The translations under genes and the position numbers were made by a program. A stretch of DNA of 64,000 bases, taken from NCBI RefSeq assembly GCF_009914755.1, contig NC_060931.1. One strand, given 5' to 3'. This document shows, piece by piece, positions 26,505-42,126 of the stretch. This DNA comes from the human T2T-CHM13v2.0 reference genome, Homo sapiens. A model generated the notes under the pieces. It ran no database searches. It worked only from the letters and a program-made list of their open reading frames with translations, and was not told where the DNA came from. Position 1 is the first letter of the stretch. Every line of letters starts with the position of its first letter.

Positions 26505-27109
26505 ATGCAATTTTATACTCCCCAGTACCTGATTGACAGAAAAAATTGCCCTAGTTGGGAGAGGGAAATGAGAGATAAAGTGATCAAAAGGAAGCAGCAA
26601 AACCCAATATTTGTGAGATCTGAGAGAAAAGTGCACTCTCTGCCTTCAGGGACATAGTGAGACCTAGACTGGCTGCATAATGAGTTCAGGCAGATGGTTT
26701 TAGGCACAATCAGAGTGTAGGTCATGCCCTAGAGTAGCATGGAGAATGCAACGTGATTTCCATCACCCAGGGATTTCCATTGTGGGCAAAACTGTTTGGA
26801 TCGGAAGAGGCCAGGTCACCACCCAAAAGGAAGATCTCCATGATGATATGCGAAAATTTTCTGTTATTCTGTAGATAACAGAAAAGACATTTGAGAACCA
26901 GGTAGTTCCTTCCTCTCCAATCCTTTAAAACTAGGTATGGATCCTGGAATTTAGAACTGACCTGGGAAAATGGGGAATCCAAGATTGACTGAGATTAGAT
27001 TTTTACCACTCCAGTAGTGGATATGGGTTTAAGAACTAAAATAATTTTATAAAATTAAGTTTTATTTCTTACACAACTGAGAAATAAATTGAGAGCCAGA
27101 TCCACTACA
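26505..27109 (+). mobile_element. Ancient LTR (LTR78/79-like); left boundary uncertain
   Basis: 3' end attgactgag...atttcttacacaactgag...ccactaca resembles this family. Confidence 0.4.
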
Positions 27110-27821
27110 TGGTGATTATAATTTGAAGTAATGATGATGCACAATTGGTGTATTTCATGTCTCTGTTTTATTCTTTGACCAGTACTATTTTCTAAAATGA
27201 TTACAGATTCATTAAAAGAAAAGAAATTAAATTTGAGATACTGAACTCTCCTCTTAAATGATGTTTAGATAAAAATGCTTCATTTCATATCTACCTTTGC
27301 TGATAATGTGTCCTTTCATTCACCTAATCTGTGAGCCTGTCTGCTACTCACATCTGATATATTGTTTAGAATGAAAACAAAATAAGTCTAATGGAACAAT
27401 ACCACTCTTGCCTGCTATCTTAGCATTTGCCCAAGTTGCAGTGGTTTCATTTGTAGAAGGAAAATAAAGCAAACATCAGCTTGTCTGTGCCACATGAAAT
27501 AATTTTAACCTGTGAGATTTTATGTAAGATTACTTTAACCTGTGAGAATTTATGGAGAACATGTGTCTGTGTTTTGACCTAGACAACCATAGTTCTGGTT
27601 GTCTAGGTTAAAGCCAAATTCACATCAACATATCTTTCATTTACTGCAAGATTTCAAGATAAGAGATGAAAAAAAGAATTTGGACTCTCTCTTTGTTGAC
27701 ATGCAAATCAAAATGAGATATTCAGCAACCACAAAAATAGATAGAAAACAACAATACAGCAAACCAATTCTAGAAGGAGACAAAGTATCAAACTAAAAGT
27801 TAATATAGAAATAATTAAGGC

Positions 27822-28137
<316 letters not shown>

Positions 28138-28810
28138 AGAAATAATTAAGGCAAAACTGACATTTCTTTATTAATATAACACTGCGCAATAAGTTTAAAT
28201 TGATTTCATAGCAAGGGGTGTTATTAAGTTAGTCTTACAACAAACTAGAGAGAAAAATCAATTGTATCATCAAAAGTTATTTTGAAATTTTAGAATTCAA
28301 AATAGAGGGCAAAGAAAACAATACAAAAGCAAAATGAAATAAAAAACATTGCAACTCAGATTTTCACATTCTTTAGGTGTTAGCATCTGACATAGAAAAG
28401 TTTTTTTTACAAGTATTGTGATGAAAAATTTAATTCACCTATATGTTGGCTTATTTTAATTCATTTAATTGCAGTCAAGACACAGTTAGGTCCACATACT
28501 ACATAGTGATAAAACAAGGGAAGTTTGTTTGTGGCAAATCTCTTATTATGTAACTTTTATATATTACGTGGCCAGAAATTCTCACCTTGATCCTCACTAT
28601 TTTTTTGTTTCAGTAAAATATTTTTTAAAAAAAAAAGTCATGAAAAACTTTATGTAGTGTTTAATACGTTAAGACATATGATTTTTAAAAACTTTGTAAT
28701 CAATATTGGTCACTATTGTCTGTCTCTGCCACATGCCACATCTCTCCTTAACCTATTTATAGCCTTCAGATTTCTGTTTTTAGTTCGTGATGGTTGTCAT
28801 TGTCACTGTA

Positions 28811-28863
28811 TGTGTGTGTGTGTCTGTGTGCGTGTGTGTGTCTGTGTGTGTGCATGTGTGTGT
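28811..28863. repeat. Interrupted (TG)n microsatellite
   Basis: Direct inspection. Confidence 0.92.
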
Positions 28864-29032
28864 AGTCTCATTTTGTTATTATGTCCTCTGCCACTTTCTT
28901 TGTAAATGCAAAGAGGGATAAAAATTAAGCTTAATATGAAGCAAGTACTTGGCACCTGCTTTCAAAGAACTGTGAATCATAAATGGAAGACGGTTCATTC
29001 GGCTACCTCATAACTGTATTTAAGACCAGCCT

Positions 29033-29356
<324 letters not shown>

Positions 29357-29379
29357 CTATCCTGGATTCTCTGTTTGTT

Positions 29380-30470
29380 TATTGTTTATATGTTCTGTTT
29401 GTCCATCGAATTTTCCTATTTCTTGAATCGTTGTCAGCATATTATCCTTTACTCATTTTAACGTAGTTTTTCTTAATTTTTGAAATGTATTTGTAATAGC
29501 TACTTTGTAACTATTTTGTAGCAATCTTTGCTTAATCCAACATAGGGTCCACTCAAAATCACTTTCTATTGACTAATTTATTCCATATGCTTTTCAAATA
29601 TGCATTTCCACATCACTCCTAAGTTTCTGGTCAAAGCTGGACAATTTTATGTGATATACTATAGTAAGACTGGATTTTGATTGCTTTTTCTAAAGGTTTT
29701 TGGATATTATTTTATTTTGTGATTTTGTTTGTGCCTGTACTTAAACTGTGGGATCTGTCTTGCCATGGTATTCAGCTATTTATATCTCTTTACAATATTT
29801 TTCTTCTTTTTTAATTCCTGATTTCCAGGGGTCATTTCCTTGTAGGCACTGCTATGTGATTAACCAATGGTTTGGGCAGAACTTACAGTCAAATGCCTCA
29901 AACCTATGAGGCTTCTATTTGACAATGTAATTGTGTATAGGTAAAAGAAAAACATTCAAAATTCAAGCAACTTTAAAGTCTGTTTCAGCTTTTACTTTCT
30001 GCCAGGCCCTTGGATCTCTCCTGCAAATATGTGTAATTTCTGAGTCAGCCAGGAATGTGTGCTTACCTACTCTTTCTATGGCTTTCTTATTTACAGGGTG
30101 TCCCTGTTACATTTCTGGATCATGCATTGCTTGTCCCAATTGGGACAGTAACCTCATGGTTGCAGAGATACAGGTTTTACTATTTGTTTCCTACTGAACT
30201 TGTTACTTTCACTGACAACACTACTAGACATTTGGTTTTACACTCTGCTCACAGTTGGATTATACCTTCTGCCTGTGCTGTATGCTGCCCAGCAAGGATG
30301 GGACTGTAGATTCCCATTGTTATTAGCCAGAGATCTAGCAGCTTTGTATGTGTAAACACTTCTCAATGTGTGCTTTCCCATTGGTCAAATGCTAGAGCCC
30401 TGAAATTGATATTACATTTTTTCCCAGGTTTTCACTAGTTTTGGGGGAGAGGATTCCCTTACTTATACTA
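29380..30470 (-). mobile_element. Old L1M fragment(s)
   Basis: gtaatagctactttg, aatccaacatagggtcc, tttctattgact resemble antisense old L1; very diverged. Confidence 0.5.
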
Positions 30471-30499
30471 ATGTTACTAAAATTGTTGTTCCATTCTTT

Positions 30500-31390
30500 T
30501 ATTTTTTTTTAAGAACCTCTGATTCAGAAATAATTTGAGATTTACAGGGCAGTTGCAAAGACAGCACAGACAGTTCTTGTGTATTTCTCACATTTCTTCC
30601 CCTGTGTAACATCTCATATAACCACAGAATTTAAAAATTAACATTTGTAGGATTTTTAGACTCTATTTGGATTTCAACAGTTTTCCCATTGGTTTCCATT
30701 TTCTGTTGCAGGATTGAATTCACAGGTCCATGTTGTATTTCGTTGTCATGTCTCCTTGGTTGGCAATATATGAACGTATCTCAGTCGTGGAAGACATTGA
30801 CACTTTTGAAGAGTACAGGTCAGGTATTTTGCAGAATGTACCTTAACTGGGGTTTTCTTATGATTAGACTCGGGTTGTGGAATTTGGGGAAGAATATCAC
30901 AGAGGCCAGGTGCCCTTCTCATCACATAGTATAGGGGTACATGATATCAACATGACTTATGACTGGTGACGTTCACCTTGATCTTTTGATTGTAAGGCAG
31001 TGTCTGTCAGGTTTCTCTACCGTAAGCTTTACAGTTTTTCCCTCTCCATACTTAGTTCATTAGAAGTAGGTTACTAAGTTCAGCCCACAGTTAATGGAGA
31101 GAGAATTATGCTATATCACCTGGAAGGAGGAAGGAATATCAAAGTTTAAAGTTGTGTCAAAACCACGTGGTAATGAATAAATGATTTAAGGGAGGTATTT
31201 GAGACTCTTCTGTAAATATCTATTTCTTCTTAAAGTTTTATTCACTAATTTTTAGCATTAATCAGTGAATCTTCACTGCAATAATTATTACTGTGGTATT
31301 TAATGGTGATTTAAAACAAATTTACTAATTCTATATTTATTATTTGGATTTTTCTGTAGGCATTATTTTCTATTATTTTTGAAACCAGTT
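30500..31390 (-). mobile_element. L1MC (L1MC4-like) 3' region
   Basis: gatttacagggcagttgcaaagacagcacag, ttgaagagtacaggtcaggtattttgcagaatg, gtgcccttctcatcacat. Confidence 0.75.
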
Positions 31391-31602
31391 TTTCTGCCTC
31401 ATTTATTTCAAAACATAATTCCTCAGATTCACCATGAATTGTACAACACTGTGGCTTTAAACATACGTGCCATGGGAATAGTCTGGAATACCTTTCTCCT
31501 GTCTTGTTATCAAACACGTTTTACTGCAAGAATCAATGAAATGCTCTTACTAACGTCTGAAGTCTTGACTTACAATTTTTACCATCTTTAGGAAAATGAT
31601 TA

Positions 31603-32037
31603 TACTATGGATTTGTGTCTTCAAAAAAGATATATTGAAATTCCCAGTATTTCAGAATGATACCTTATTTGTAAATGAGGTCATTGCACATATAATTAGT
31701 TAAGATGAGGTCATACTCGGGTAGGGTGGTTCTGTTATCCAACAGGACTGGTATTTTTATGAGAAAAAGACACAGAGACACACAAGGGGAGAGCTCCATG
31801 TGACAACAGAGGCAGAGATGGGAGCTGCAAGCCAAGGAACACCGATTGCCAGAAACCATAAGGAGCTAGGAAGAGACAAGGGAGATTTTTCCCCTGCAAG
31901 TTTCATAGGGAGCACAGTCCTGCTGATACCTTGATTTTGGACTTCTAGTCTTCAGAACTGTGAGACAATAAATTTCTGTAATTTTAAATCACCCGGTTTG
32001 TGTTACTTTGTTACAGCAGCCCTGTGAATCTACTACA
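31603..32037 (+). mobile_element. MLT1B/C MaLR solo LTR
   Basis: ttagttaagatgaggtcatactc, gaggcagagatgggag, ccttgattttggacttctag, gaactgtgagacaataaatttctg, ends ctactaca. Confidence 0.9.
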
Positions 32038-32533
32038 ATTTACAAAACAACACAGTTTAGACCAAAATGTGAAATATTAAGTTAAACTTGTCACAGCCTC
32101 AGAATGTGTAACTCTAAAATTAAAATTGGTTGAATGCCCTTTTTAAATTTTAGAAACTCAGAGAAACGCTGGCTTTTTCTTTGGCATAGAATTTTATTTA
32201 AAAGATTAGTCCCCAAGTTCGGAAAATTTGTAGTATATTTATGTGATGTCAATGAGAACACATATCATTTTAAGAGATATGTAGATGTTGACATCATTGT
32301 AAAGAATGAATTTAACTGGAAAGTGAAAAAGTTAATCAGTATGCCTTTGAAAACAGAAAGATCATAGGAATTAGCTTGTTTTAATATTTACATATTTTTG
32401 AAACTAGGGAAAGACAAAAAATTATAGAGTGCATGGTTTGAAAGATGGATTTAGAAATTATCCTATTACTAATTAAAATTACTAATTATTAAGTAATTAT
32501 ATTACTAAATTACACATTGTTTAATGTAACTAA

Positions 32534-33255
32534 CATTCATTAATTATCCAATATGTGCCAGGCACGGTGCAAGGTGCTGGAAATATAAATATCCACAAAA
32601 TAAATTCATTTTCTTTATTTAATAATTAAAAAGCAACTCAAAGAGAGGAAAGGCAGAATAACAACAAAGTCATTCATGTTTACCCTCATGTGATTGTTGA
32701 ATTACTGTATACTCTTTATTTCAGCTGACATTAAAAAATTGCATTTTATGGAAACTCATGAAAGTTTATGTGCATAAGGGAAATTAAGAAAATAAGAATG
32801 ATTTGTGATTAAATAATGGCTTAGATTTATTTCAGATTAGATCATTCAGATGTCAGTAACGGTATTTAAGTACACTATATGCAATGGTGTGAAAATACGT
32901 AAGGTAAAAAGTTTCCGATTAATGCAAAATTTATTCAGACTACATAGGAGGAAGCATGACAGGAAAGAGAATATACGCCATGGAGAAAAATGATGCAGGG
33001 AGGGAAGAGAGAGGGTGACCAAGACTGGACGAAATTAAAGTTCGTGAGGCAGGAGCATGTTTACTCTTTTAGAGGAATTGCAAGGAGGCCAGTGAAGCTA
33101 AAACAGAGTAATAGGCAAGAATGAAACATGTCGATTAAGTCAGTGAATGGCTGGATTATGCAGGACCTTATTGACCATTATAAGGATGTTTGCTTTATTC
33201 TGAGACACAGAAAAATCACTGAAAAAATTTGAGGAGAAAAAATGATCTCATAATC
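32534..33255 (-). mobile_element. L2 fragments (3' end at ~32534-32600; body ~32960-33255)
   Basis: cattcatt...tatgtgccaggcacggtgc; gaggaattgcaaggaggccagtg; ggattatgcaggacctt. Confidence 0.7.
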
Positions 33256-34384
33256 ATAGAAGTGATGATACGTGTAAACACTACAAAGAGACTGCTTTTC
33301 TGCAGGCATTAAGGCCAGGGAGAGAAACCCAGGAAGAAGTGAGCATTAGTTGTAACTCTGTGTAAGTGACTTTGTTTTCTTCTTTGGTATGTTTAAAACC
33401 TTTCATGAAGTGCACTTTTTTCCCTGTTGCTAAATCACAGAGTTGGGCTCTGCTACCCTGAGACTATGTTTAAACTTGATTATAAGACACTGGTAGATAA
33501 TGACGGCTGTAATAACATCCTATCACCATTAAACATAAAAGCTGATGATAATTACCAGCCCATCTTGACATATGTTATATCATTTTCTGAAAAACGTGTT
33601 TTTGTTGCTTGCTGCTTCAGGAAAGTAAACATATTAGACTTTGGACGTCATCACCAGGGTGTTATTTTTGGATAGTTTTAAATATGTTATGCTCTATGAT
33701 TGGTAAAGAAACTGCATTATATTCTATGTGTAAATAAGTATAATCTAGAAAATACTTTTTAGAAATGGCTAAACTTGACCGTGTCAATTTCTGTCTTGTT
33801 TCTAGCATGTGAAACATCTAAACCACCAGTAGTGATCTAACATATAAAATAAGACATTGAGCCTAATGATTTTTTGTTACAATTTCAAATGTGTCATTTT
33901 CATTGCTATATCACATTGTACAGTGAACAATAGTGGTAGAATTTCAGATGTTTATGAATACATGTAAAAGATGGCTCATGGAAATCAGAATGAAAATAGG
34001 TTATGATGCAGGACTCTTGTAGGCTCAGAGACAAACAAAACACCTCCAAACTCAAAAAAAATCCACACATTTTTGACCACTCGCAAGTAAATTTTCTTTG
34101 CCAAGACACATAGGGAAGAATGAGTAAACAGAAGATGAGGAATTATTTCAAATAGTAAGCTCTTAGGTTCTTAGTCATTGGATGCATGAAAAGCAATTAG
34201 AACTCTTAGATATACAGAACCCAGGCTATAAATGTAAAATATTCCTCCTATCTTGATCCTTTACCCATGTCAGATATCATGAAAATACCAACATTATTTT
34301 CTTCATAGTTAGAAATAGCCTCAAAACCTTTCTTACAGATTACAGTGACGTAGGATTGAAACTTTTTGTTATCCTTGAGCTAGG

Positions 34385-34592
34385 GCTCTATTTCTCAACA
34401 CCGACACTATAGACAATGTGAACCAGATAATTCTTTGTTTTACACGGCTGTGCTGTGCATTGTGGGGTATTTAACAGCATCTCTGGCCACCACCCACTAG
34501 AGGCCAGTAGCAACTACTCTGTTTATCCCTACCCCCAAGTCGTGACAAAGAAAATGTCCCCAGACAATATTGCCATTGTTTGACAACCACTT
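34385..34592. mobile_element. MER20 hAT element
   Basis: ttctcaac...ccagataattctttg...tgtgcattgtggggtatttaacagcatctctggcc...cccactagaggccagtagca...gtgacaaagaaaatgtccccagaca. Confidence 0.85.
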
Positions 34593-34677
34593 CCCTAAAG
34601 ATAGATATACCTAGTAAATAAAGGACTTTAAGATAAAGCATAGAAGAAAATTCTTAAACTTAGCTTGCTATGGTATT

Positions 34678-34757
34678 AGAAATGCCATCATCACCTTCTC
34701 TGTGGCTATTCTTCCCTCTAGCATGTTCAGCATGGTAACTTCTGGCTCTCACCCTGG
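34678..34757. repeat. 80-bp dispersed direct repeat, copy 1 (copy 2 at 37463-37541)
   Basis: Hand alignment gives 6 mismatches and 1 gap in 80. Confidence 0.95.
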
Positions 34758-36146
34758 TTTTTAAAATTTCATGTCCAGGCATCATCTGTCTCACAGCTTT
34801 TGCCTAGGAGATCCTGATGAGGTACTGAAAAGATATTTGGATATTAAAAACAATTGTCACTTTAACGTCAGTCTCAGGCTGATGTTATTTACTTATTTAA
34901 TGAGTGAGTTTCTGCATTGGGTGATGGTATATAATTTTATATAGATCCTCATGTATGTTTATTTGTTTATACATATACACATATAAAATCTATCTGTATG
35001 AATAGACCTATATAAATAAATAGTTTTTTTTTTTGTTGACTGACTTGATTCTTAATTTAACTCTCGTATGTAGTTTTTAATTGTGATGTTTTGTGAAAGA
35101 AAAATTCAATGGATGGTAACAGTATTTGTCTTAGAATATGCTGAAAGCCAAATGAAAGGGAGAGAGTGAAGTCTCTGTAAGTAATATTGCATTTTGTTTT
35201 GCCATTTCCCTCTGTTTAGGAGCATCTATTGCTTTTAGAAAGCTAATGTTTAGTAAAGGAACCCTAAGAACAGGAATTAGGTAGAATGATTATTTATTCT
35301 CTTTTTAATAGCCACATGGTTTTCCCACACATACAGCTTCTTACACCGTCAATGGGAGTTCTATGCCAAGGACAGAGTGACAACAATTGGAAGGAAAATT
35401 GAAATTTACTTTTGTTGTTTAGATTATTTTGGTAACCATGGTAATGGAAGACCAATATAGCACTTTAACACTCAAAAACAAATTTAGGATAAGTTTTATT
35501 TATTGAGATAAATATTATGTTACATTGGGAATACTGGTATTTTGTGGCTGAACATTTTGGGCTTTAACAGATGGACAATTTATTTTTTCACCTTTCTCCT
35601 TCCAAAACTATAGGCAGCAGCATCAAGAAAAGGTAAAAGACTTTTAGATAATGCATTTAGTAAAAAAATAAAATAAAAATAAAAAAAAGTATTACAGAGA
35701 GATAGCAAAAATATATTGATAACACAAGTATATAGAATTCAATCAAATTTGTTTCTGAACTTCCTGGTAATTAGAGTATAAACACATAAAGTTATTTAAT
35801 TTAAAATTGTGAGGATCATTATGGAGAATAATACTGTGAAAATAACTTTGACTGATGATTATCTGATTTTTTTAAAGTTACTTTTCTCTCATCAAAAGCC
35901 ATGCTATAAGGATAAGCTTATTGATATCTACTGTTGTCCTGGAATAGTATTAAAATTGGACATACAAAGATATTTTTTATTTTACTTAATTGTACATTAG
36001 TGTCACCAAAATATTTGATAAAAGTGTTTTGCCAACATATTTTTTAAACACTTAACATTAAGGAATTCTATGTTTTATTTACATGGAGCACTCAATTCAG
36101 AGATTCTTTTCACAAGGAAATTTTGGCTCCAGATCTTCTATTCTTT

Positions 36147-36460
<314 letters not shown>

Positions 36461-36649
36461 AGAGTCTTCTATTCTTTAAATAAGGCTGCCTTCTGGTAAC
36501 TTGTCTGGGCCTAAAAGCCAAGAGTTTACACATTGTATAATTATACTATACAATGCCTGGCTTTCAAAATCTTTAGATTCAAGTCAATATACATTAAAAA
36601 AAAAAAAAACCCTTAAATTGTTTTTAAATTACTTTTCTCAATGACTATT

Positions 36650-36800
36650 TCAATTTACTCTCAGGAAAACCCTGTGAGACAACATAGATATTTTCTTCTT
36701 TTTTTAAAATAAAAAAATACTGAGGTATACAAAATGAAATATGATATAGTAGCATAAATGAAGCTAAATCTCAGGGGTTCTAGCTTTCAGTCCTTTTTCT
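36650..36800 (-). mobile_element. MIR fragment
   Basis: ctctcaggaaaaccctgtgag...aaatactgaggtatacaaaatgaaat. Confidence 0.45.
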
Positions 36801-37101
36801 GTATGTGACTGAGCGTTTGCTCTCTCTCAACACACACACACAGACACACATATTCTTGTATGATACACATACATATATGTTTTTATTTAGACAAAAATTT
36901 AGGGACTATCTTTTTTACTTCCTTTTCTATTTTAACTTTGGTTTAATGGGTTGATATTACACTGAAGTTTTCTTAAAAACATGTTTAGAGCTGCCAGTTT
37001 CTTTTTGTAAAGAAACTGATAGAACAATTTGATGTGTGATCTGTGTTTAATATTTAGGGCTCAAGGATCAGAAAGAAGAGTGTTATCCTAACATATATAG
37101 T

Positions 37102-37231
37102 TATGCTGACCCTATGTCCTAGTTTGCTTGGAATAGTATGAATTTATGCCTGTAGTCCTGAGATAATTATTAATAGCATTTCTTCAACTTTCAAAAGTGT
37201 CTCAGTTTGAGGACAATGTATGGTTATTTTA
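37102..37231. mobile_element. MER94-like hAT-Blackjack MITE
   Basis: tgaccctatgtcctagtttgcttgg...ataattattaatagc...caaaagtgtctcagttt...tatggttatttta; about 130 bp with decayed TIRs. Confidence 0.7.
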
Positions 37232-37462
37232 CAGCCCTTCTCAAAGTCTCTGGAGAAAAAGGAGCGTTGAAAATAAGTATAAATATAAATTTAATCGATT
37301 CAAAAGTGAAACAGATGACTAAACTGTTCTTTAGGGCCTAGAGGTCAACTAGAGAACATAGCCTGGAATGGAACTGCTGAAAAGCAACAGTTATTCCAAC
37401 GTATTGTGCTATTGTAAATGAAAAATAAAAGCTGAAAACAATGTCAGTCTTTATGTGGAGGC

Positions 37463-37541
37463 AGAAATGCCATAATACCTTCTCTGTGGCTATTCTTCCT
37501 TCTAGCTTGTTCAGCATGGTAACTTCTGGCTGCCATCCTGG
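37463..37541. repeat. 80-bp dispersed direct repeat, copy 2
   Basis: agaaatgccat...ccttctctgtggctattcttcc...tgttcagcatggtaacttctggct. Confidence 0.95.
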
Positions 37542-37985
37542 ACAAAAACAAGCAATATAATTATAAACACTCTTTCACTTTTTAGTTTAGTTCAGTTCCT
37601 AGAACTAGTAATGCTTTAAAGGGGTGAGGTGCCACTTTTAGTCTAGGAAATACAATGTTGCAAATACTAATTTTTAAAAAAATAAATGAGGAAGAAAATA
37701 ACATCACAAACGCTACTCAAAAATCTTTTATACCATGCAACAGTTTTGGTAGTCATAATGACATCATGTGATTGACATTATAATAACTTAAATTCAATCA
37801 CATACAAAAACTCTACATAAGGCCTCCCAATTTTATGTTATTGTCACAATTTATATCTATTAATATTGTGTATCTTTTAACATCTTTTTAGTTACAACTA
37901 CTTTTAATACATGTGTCCTTTTTCATACTAGAGTTAAAAGTGATTACAGGCCAGTCAGTATTCCAGTTAACAATACTTCAGTTTT

Positions 37986-38155
37986 CCCCAAATGTTAACA
38001 TTGTACCTAGCTTCAATACAGTTATCTAAACCAGGAAAATGGTTTTCTGACTGTATTAGTCGCCTAGGGCTGCTTTAATAGGTCTTGCAAAAGTACACAT
38101 ATACTTGTCTTATGACTCAGCAATTCCACCGTTAGTATTTACCCCAAAATGATAA
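37986..38155. repeat. 170-bp dispersed direct repeat, copy A (copy B at 41957-42126)
   Basis: Ungapped hand alignment, about 23 mismatches in 170. Confidence 0.95.
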
Positions 38156-39064
38156 GCAATTCTGCAAATATGCTTCAGTTTACATATTTAGACAAAAACT
38201 AAGTAAAATTATATGAACTCATGTCAACTCACATAGATAAAGCAGCTTATTAAGTGTATTAGATTCCTGGCAGTAGAACACTTCAGATTTTAGAGATGAC
38301 ATATTGCACAGTATAATAATTTAAGAAAGTCAATATGGAGTCTCACTGATCTATTTGATCCTTCTTTTACCCTACCATATTCTTTCTTTGTTTAATATTT
38401 TAAACTATAATTTTAATTTTCGTCGCAAAATATTTCAAATATATAAAAAAGTACAGAGAAGAATATGACACATTTCCATTTTATCTAGATTTAATGAGTA
38501 ATATTATTTTGGCTTACTTGCTTATTTTGCTATTACTTTTTAAAGACATTAAATGTTTTAGAGGGACCCAAGACATCAGGCCCTCTCCCATTCCTCTGTT
38601 TTCTGCCAGGTAACACACATCTTGAGATGGTAGCTATATTTTTTCCTGCATGTTTTCTGGAAAACATATTGCATTTTATTAAATATACTTCATTTTATTT
38701 AATATGTGTACCATGGTAATATATCTTATTGTCTATGTCTTTAATATTTACACGTGTTATTTGCATCTCTTTTAATCTGTTTTATTCATTCACTTTTTTC
38801 AAGAAGCATTTGTGTTGATATATGCAGATCTAGTCACTCATTGTTATTGTCATTTCTGAAATGGAATACTGCAGAGTATGATCTCATTATCTAAATACAC
38901 TACTGTTTATTCATCTAGTCTCCTATTGATGGGCATTTTTTTTGTTTCAGCTTTTTTGTTTTTGCTGTTACAAACAAATCCTTGAAAAATATATTTGTAC
39001 TTGTCTCCTTGAGTATTTCTGGTGTGTATAGGATTTATGCGTGGAAGTGGAATTATTTTCATTA

Positions 39065-39488
39065 CAGACTTTCCTCAACTTATGATGGGGTTACATCCCA
39101 ATAAACCCATTGTAAATTGAAAATATCATAAATTGAAAATGCATTTAATACATTTGATCATCATAGCTTAGCTTAGTCTCCCATAAACATGTTTGGAATA
39201 CTTACATTAATGCACATTTGGGCAAAATTGTATCCAAAAAATGCTGGCAACATAGTACACTGTAGAGTATAGGTTGTTATCCTAGTAGAGATCATGTGAA
39301 CAACTGGGAGCTGTAGCTCACTGCTATTGCCTAGAACCTCATGAGTGTATCAAACGACATACCTCTAGCCTGAGAAAATATCATAATTTGAAATTTGAAG
39401 TATGGTTTATACTGAATGTGCATCACTTTTTTACTGTTGTCAAATCAAAAAATCATTAGTCAAATCATCATAAGTCATAGACCATCTG
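39065..39488. mobile_element. MER47/Tigger5-derived TcMar DNA transposon
   Basis: TA|cagactttcctcaacttatgatggggttacatcccaataaacccat ... catcataagtcatagaccatctg|TG; inverted termini and a TA-type target. Confidence 0.85.
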
Positions 39489-39627
39489 TGTTACTCTTGA
39501 AACTCTACTACTTCAAGCTACAGCTTAGATAAGAACACATCATTCTTTAAAGTCTGAGGGACGAAAGTCAGAGTCTCATTGAGTCTTCTCCTTAGCAACA
39601 CTGAGTACTATCAAAACTTCAAGTTTT

Positions 39628-39955
<328 letters not shown>

Positions 39956-41127
39956 TCAAATTGCATGTTCTTGAATACTAGTAAAGTGAATTATTTTATC
40001 ATGTGTTTGTTGGTCTTTTGGATTTTCTCCTTTGTAAATTGCCAGTTTTTAATATTCTGCCCATTTAAGAAATAGGTTTTTATCTTTTTCTTATTGGTTT
40101 GTAGGGGTTCTTTATAGTTGAGATGGTAATTCTTTGCAGAATATTTGCATTGTAGACATCACCCATCAGTTGCTTGTGTTTAATTTTGTTTGTGGTGAAT
40201 TTTGTCATGCTGAACATATAAATACTTATATAGCGAATTCAAAATCTTTTCAGTTCTTTGATTTTGTGCACATTTTATTTTTAAATTTAATGTTTTTTCA
40301 TGTTCTGAGTTCTAATCCTTCTGAAACTTATTTCTTTAGGTAACATAGTATCTGATTTTTTTCTATATTGATAGACAATCTTTACTCTCTCTTCAGTTCA
40401 CATTTGTCATTTCTTAATTTCATTTATATCTAGAATTTGATTTCAGTGCTTGCTGCTTTCTTCCAATGACCTGTGTATTCCGTTGTTTCAATACTATATT
40501 TTATACAAAGTTTCTATGAGATTGCAGGAAGAAGAGGGTAGTTATTAACTGCCATGTTTCTGAAGTTGAAATCCAGTCATTTGCATTTCTTAAACAAATG
40601 TTCTTATTATTTCTAATTGCAAAGCAAAGGAGATTTTAAAGGAAGGACCTAGAAATCAGCTGTGTTACGGGGAGAGGAGTATCTTGTTCTTGAAAATTAT
40701 TTGCCCCTAGAATGTCATTTGATAATGTATTTTGAGTAGAAGAATCATATGCCACTGATGTTGGTATAACTGTTCTTGTCTTTAGGTAAATCCTTTTAGG
40801 TAAATTCTATGTTTCTCCACTCAGCAGCCGTGTACAGTCATTAGGTTTACAGGGATACCCCTGTGTTTTTCACAGAAACCATTTCAATATAGTCTTGTGT
40901 TTTCTGTGTCTCATTTATGTGTGTCTATGCATGTATTCTTTTCCTGTTTCTCTTACATAAAACTATCTTGAATATGAATAAAAAGCCCCAAGATTTTTCA
41001 CACCCTTGATTTTTTTCCTTAAAAAAATGGCAAACTCATGGATGACAAACTCTAACTGCTCCTACAAAACTTAGATTGTTACCTGGTGAATGAAAAAATA
41101 AGTGCTGGCCCTTTTCTAAGTGTTCTT

Positions 41128-41427
41128 TGTTTTTGTGATTATTTTTTGAGACGGAGTCTTGTTCTGTTGCCCAGGCTGAAGTGCAGTGGTGCAATCTCGG
41201 CTCACTGCAACTTCCGCCTCCCGGGTTCAAGTGATTCTCTGGCCTCAGCCCCTGAGTAGCTGGGACTACAGGTGCATGCCACCACACCTGGCTAATTTTT
41301 GTATTTTTAGTAGAGATAGGGTTTCTCCATGTCAGCCAGGCTGGTCTTGAACTCCTGACCTCAGGTGATCACCTGCCTCAGTCTCCCAAAGTGCTGGGAT
41401 AACTGGCATGAGCCACTGTGCCCAGCC
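41128..41427 (-). mobile_element. AluS (Sx-like)
   Basis: Full dimer; TSD CTAAGTGTTCTT (41116-41127 and 41431-41442). Confidence 0.95.
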
Positions 41428-41956
41428 ACACTAAGTGTTCTTGAAGTTGAATCACCACCTAACTACCATGAAAACCTGGGGCTTGAAGAGAAATTTATTA
41501 GAATTTAACAAAATAATGTGCATATGAAAAATCTCCATCTTAGGGACATCTTTAATTTTGTCCTTTATGGTCACTTAGATCTCATTTACATGTGTAACAG
41601 TTAGATGCATTAGAGCCTGTAATAAAACTTTAAGCCAGTGTTTTTGTCTGTTATTCTTTATTTCTTTCTTTATTTTTACTATTTGTTTCTAATGAGAAAA
41701 TGTGTTAAAGAAGTTAAAATGCAGCATCCTGGTATTCACAAGTGATATTATCACTAAGTTATCTATGATTTGTGATCTGGGTGTTGCTTCTGTTGTAGTT
41801 GTTGTTTAAAGGTAAGAGAAGCTACAAAACTTATCTTGATTTTAAGGAAAATTTACCCACCTGCCCACTACACTATTCAAATCTTTCAATTTTAAATAAT
41901 AGAAAACAAAAAAAGGAACAGGAGTAAAGTGTTCCTGGTTCCGTTACCTCCTTCTT

Positions 41957-42126
41957 TCCCAAATGCTCACATTGTACATAGCTTCAGTACAGTTATCCAA
42001 ACCAGGATAATAGTTTCCTGACTGTAATAGTTGCCTAAAGCTGCCTTACTAGGTCTTGCAAAAATCCACATATAATTATCTTAGGACTCAGCAATTCTAC
42101 CTTTAGTATTTACCCCAAAATAATAA
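41957..42126. repeat. 170-bp dispersed direct repeat, copy B
   Basis: See 37986-38155; here the L1-like sequences continue on both sides. Confidence 0.95.
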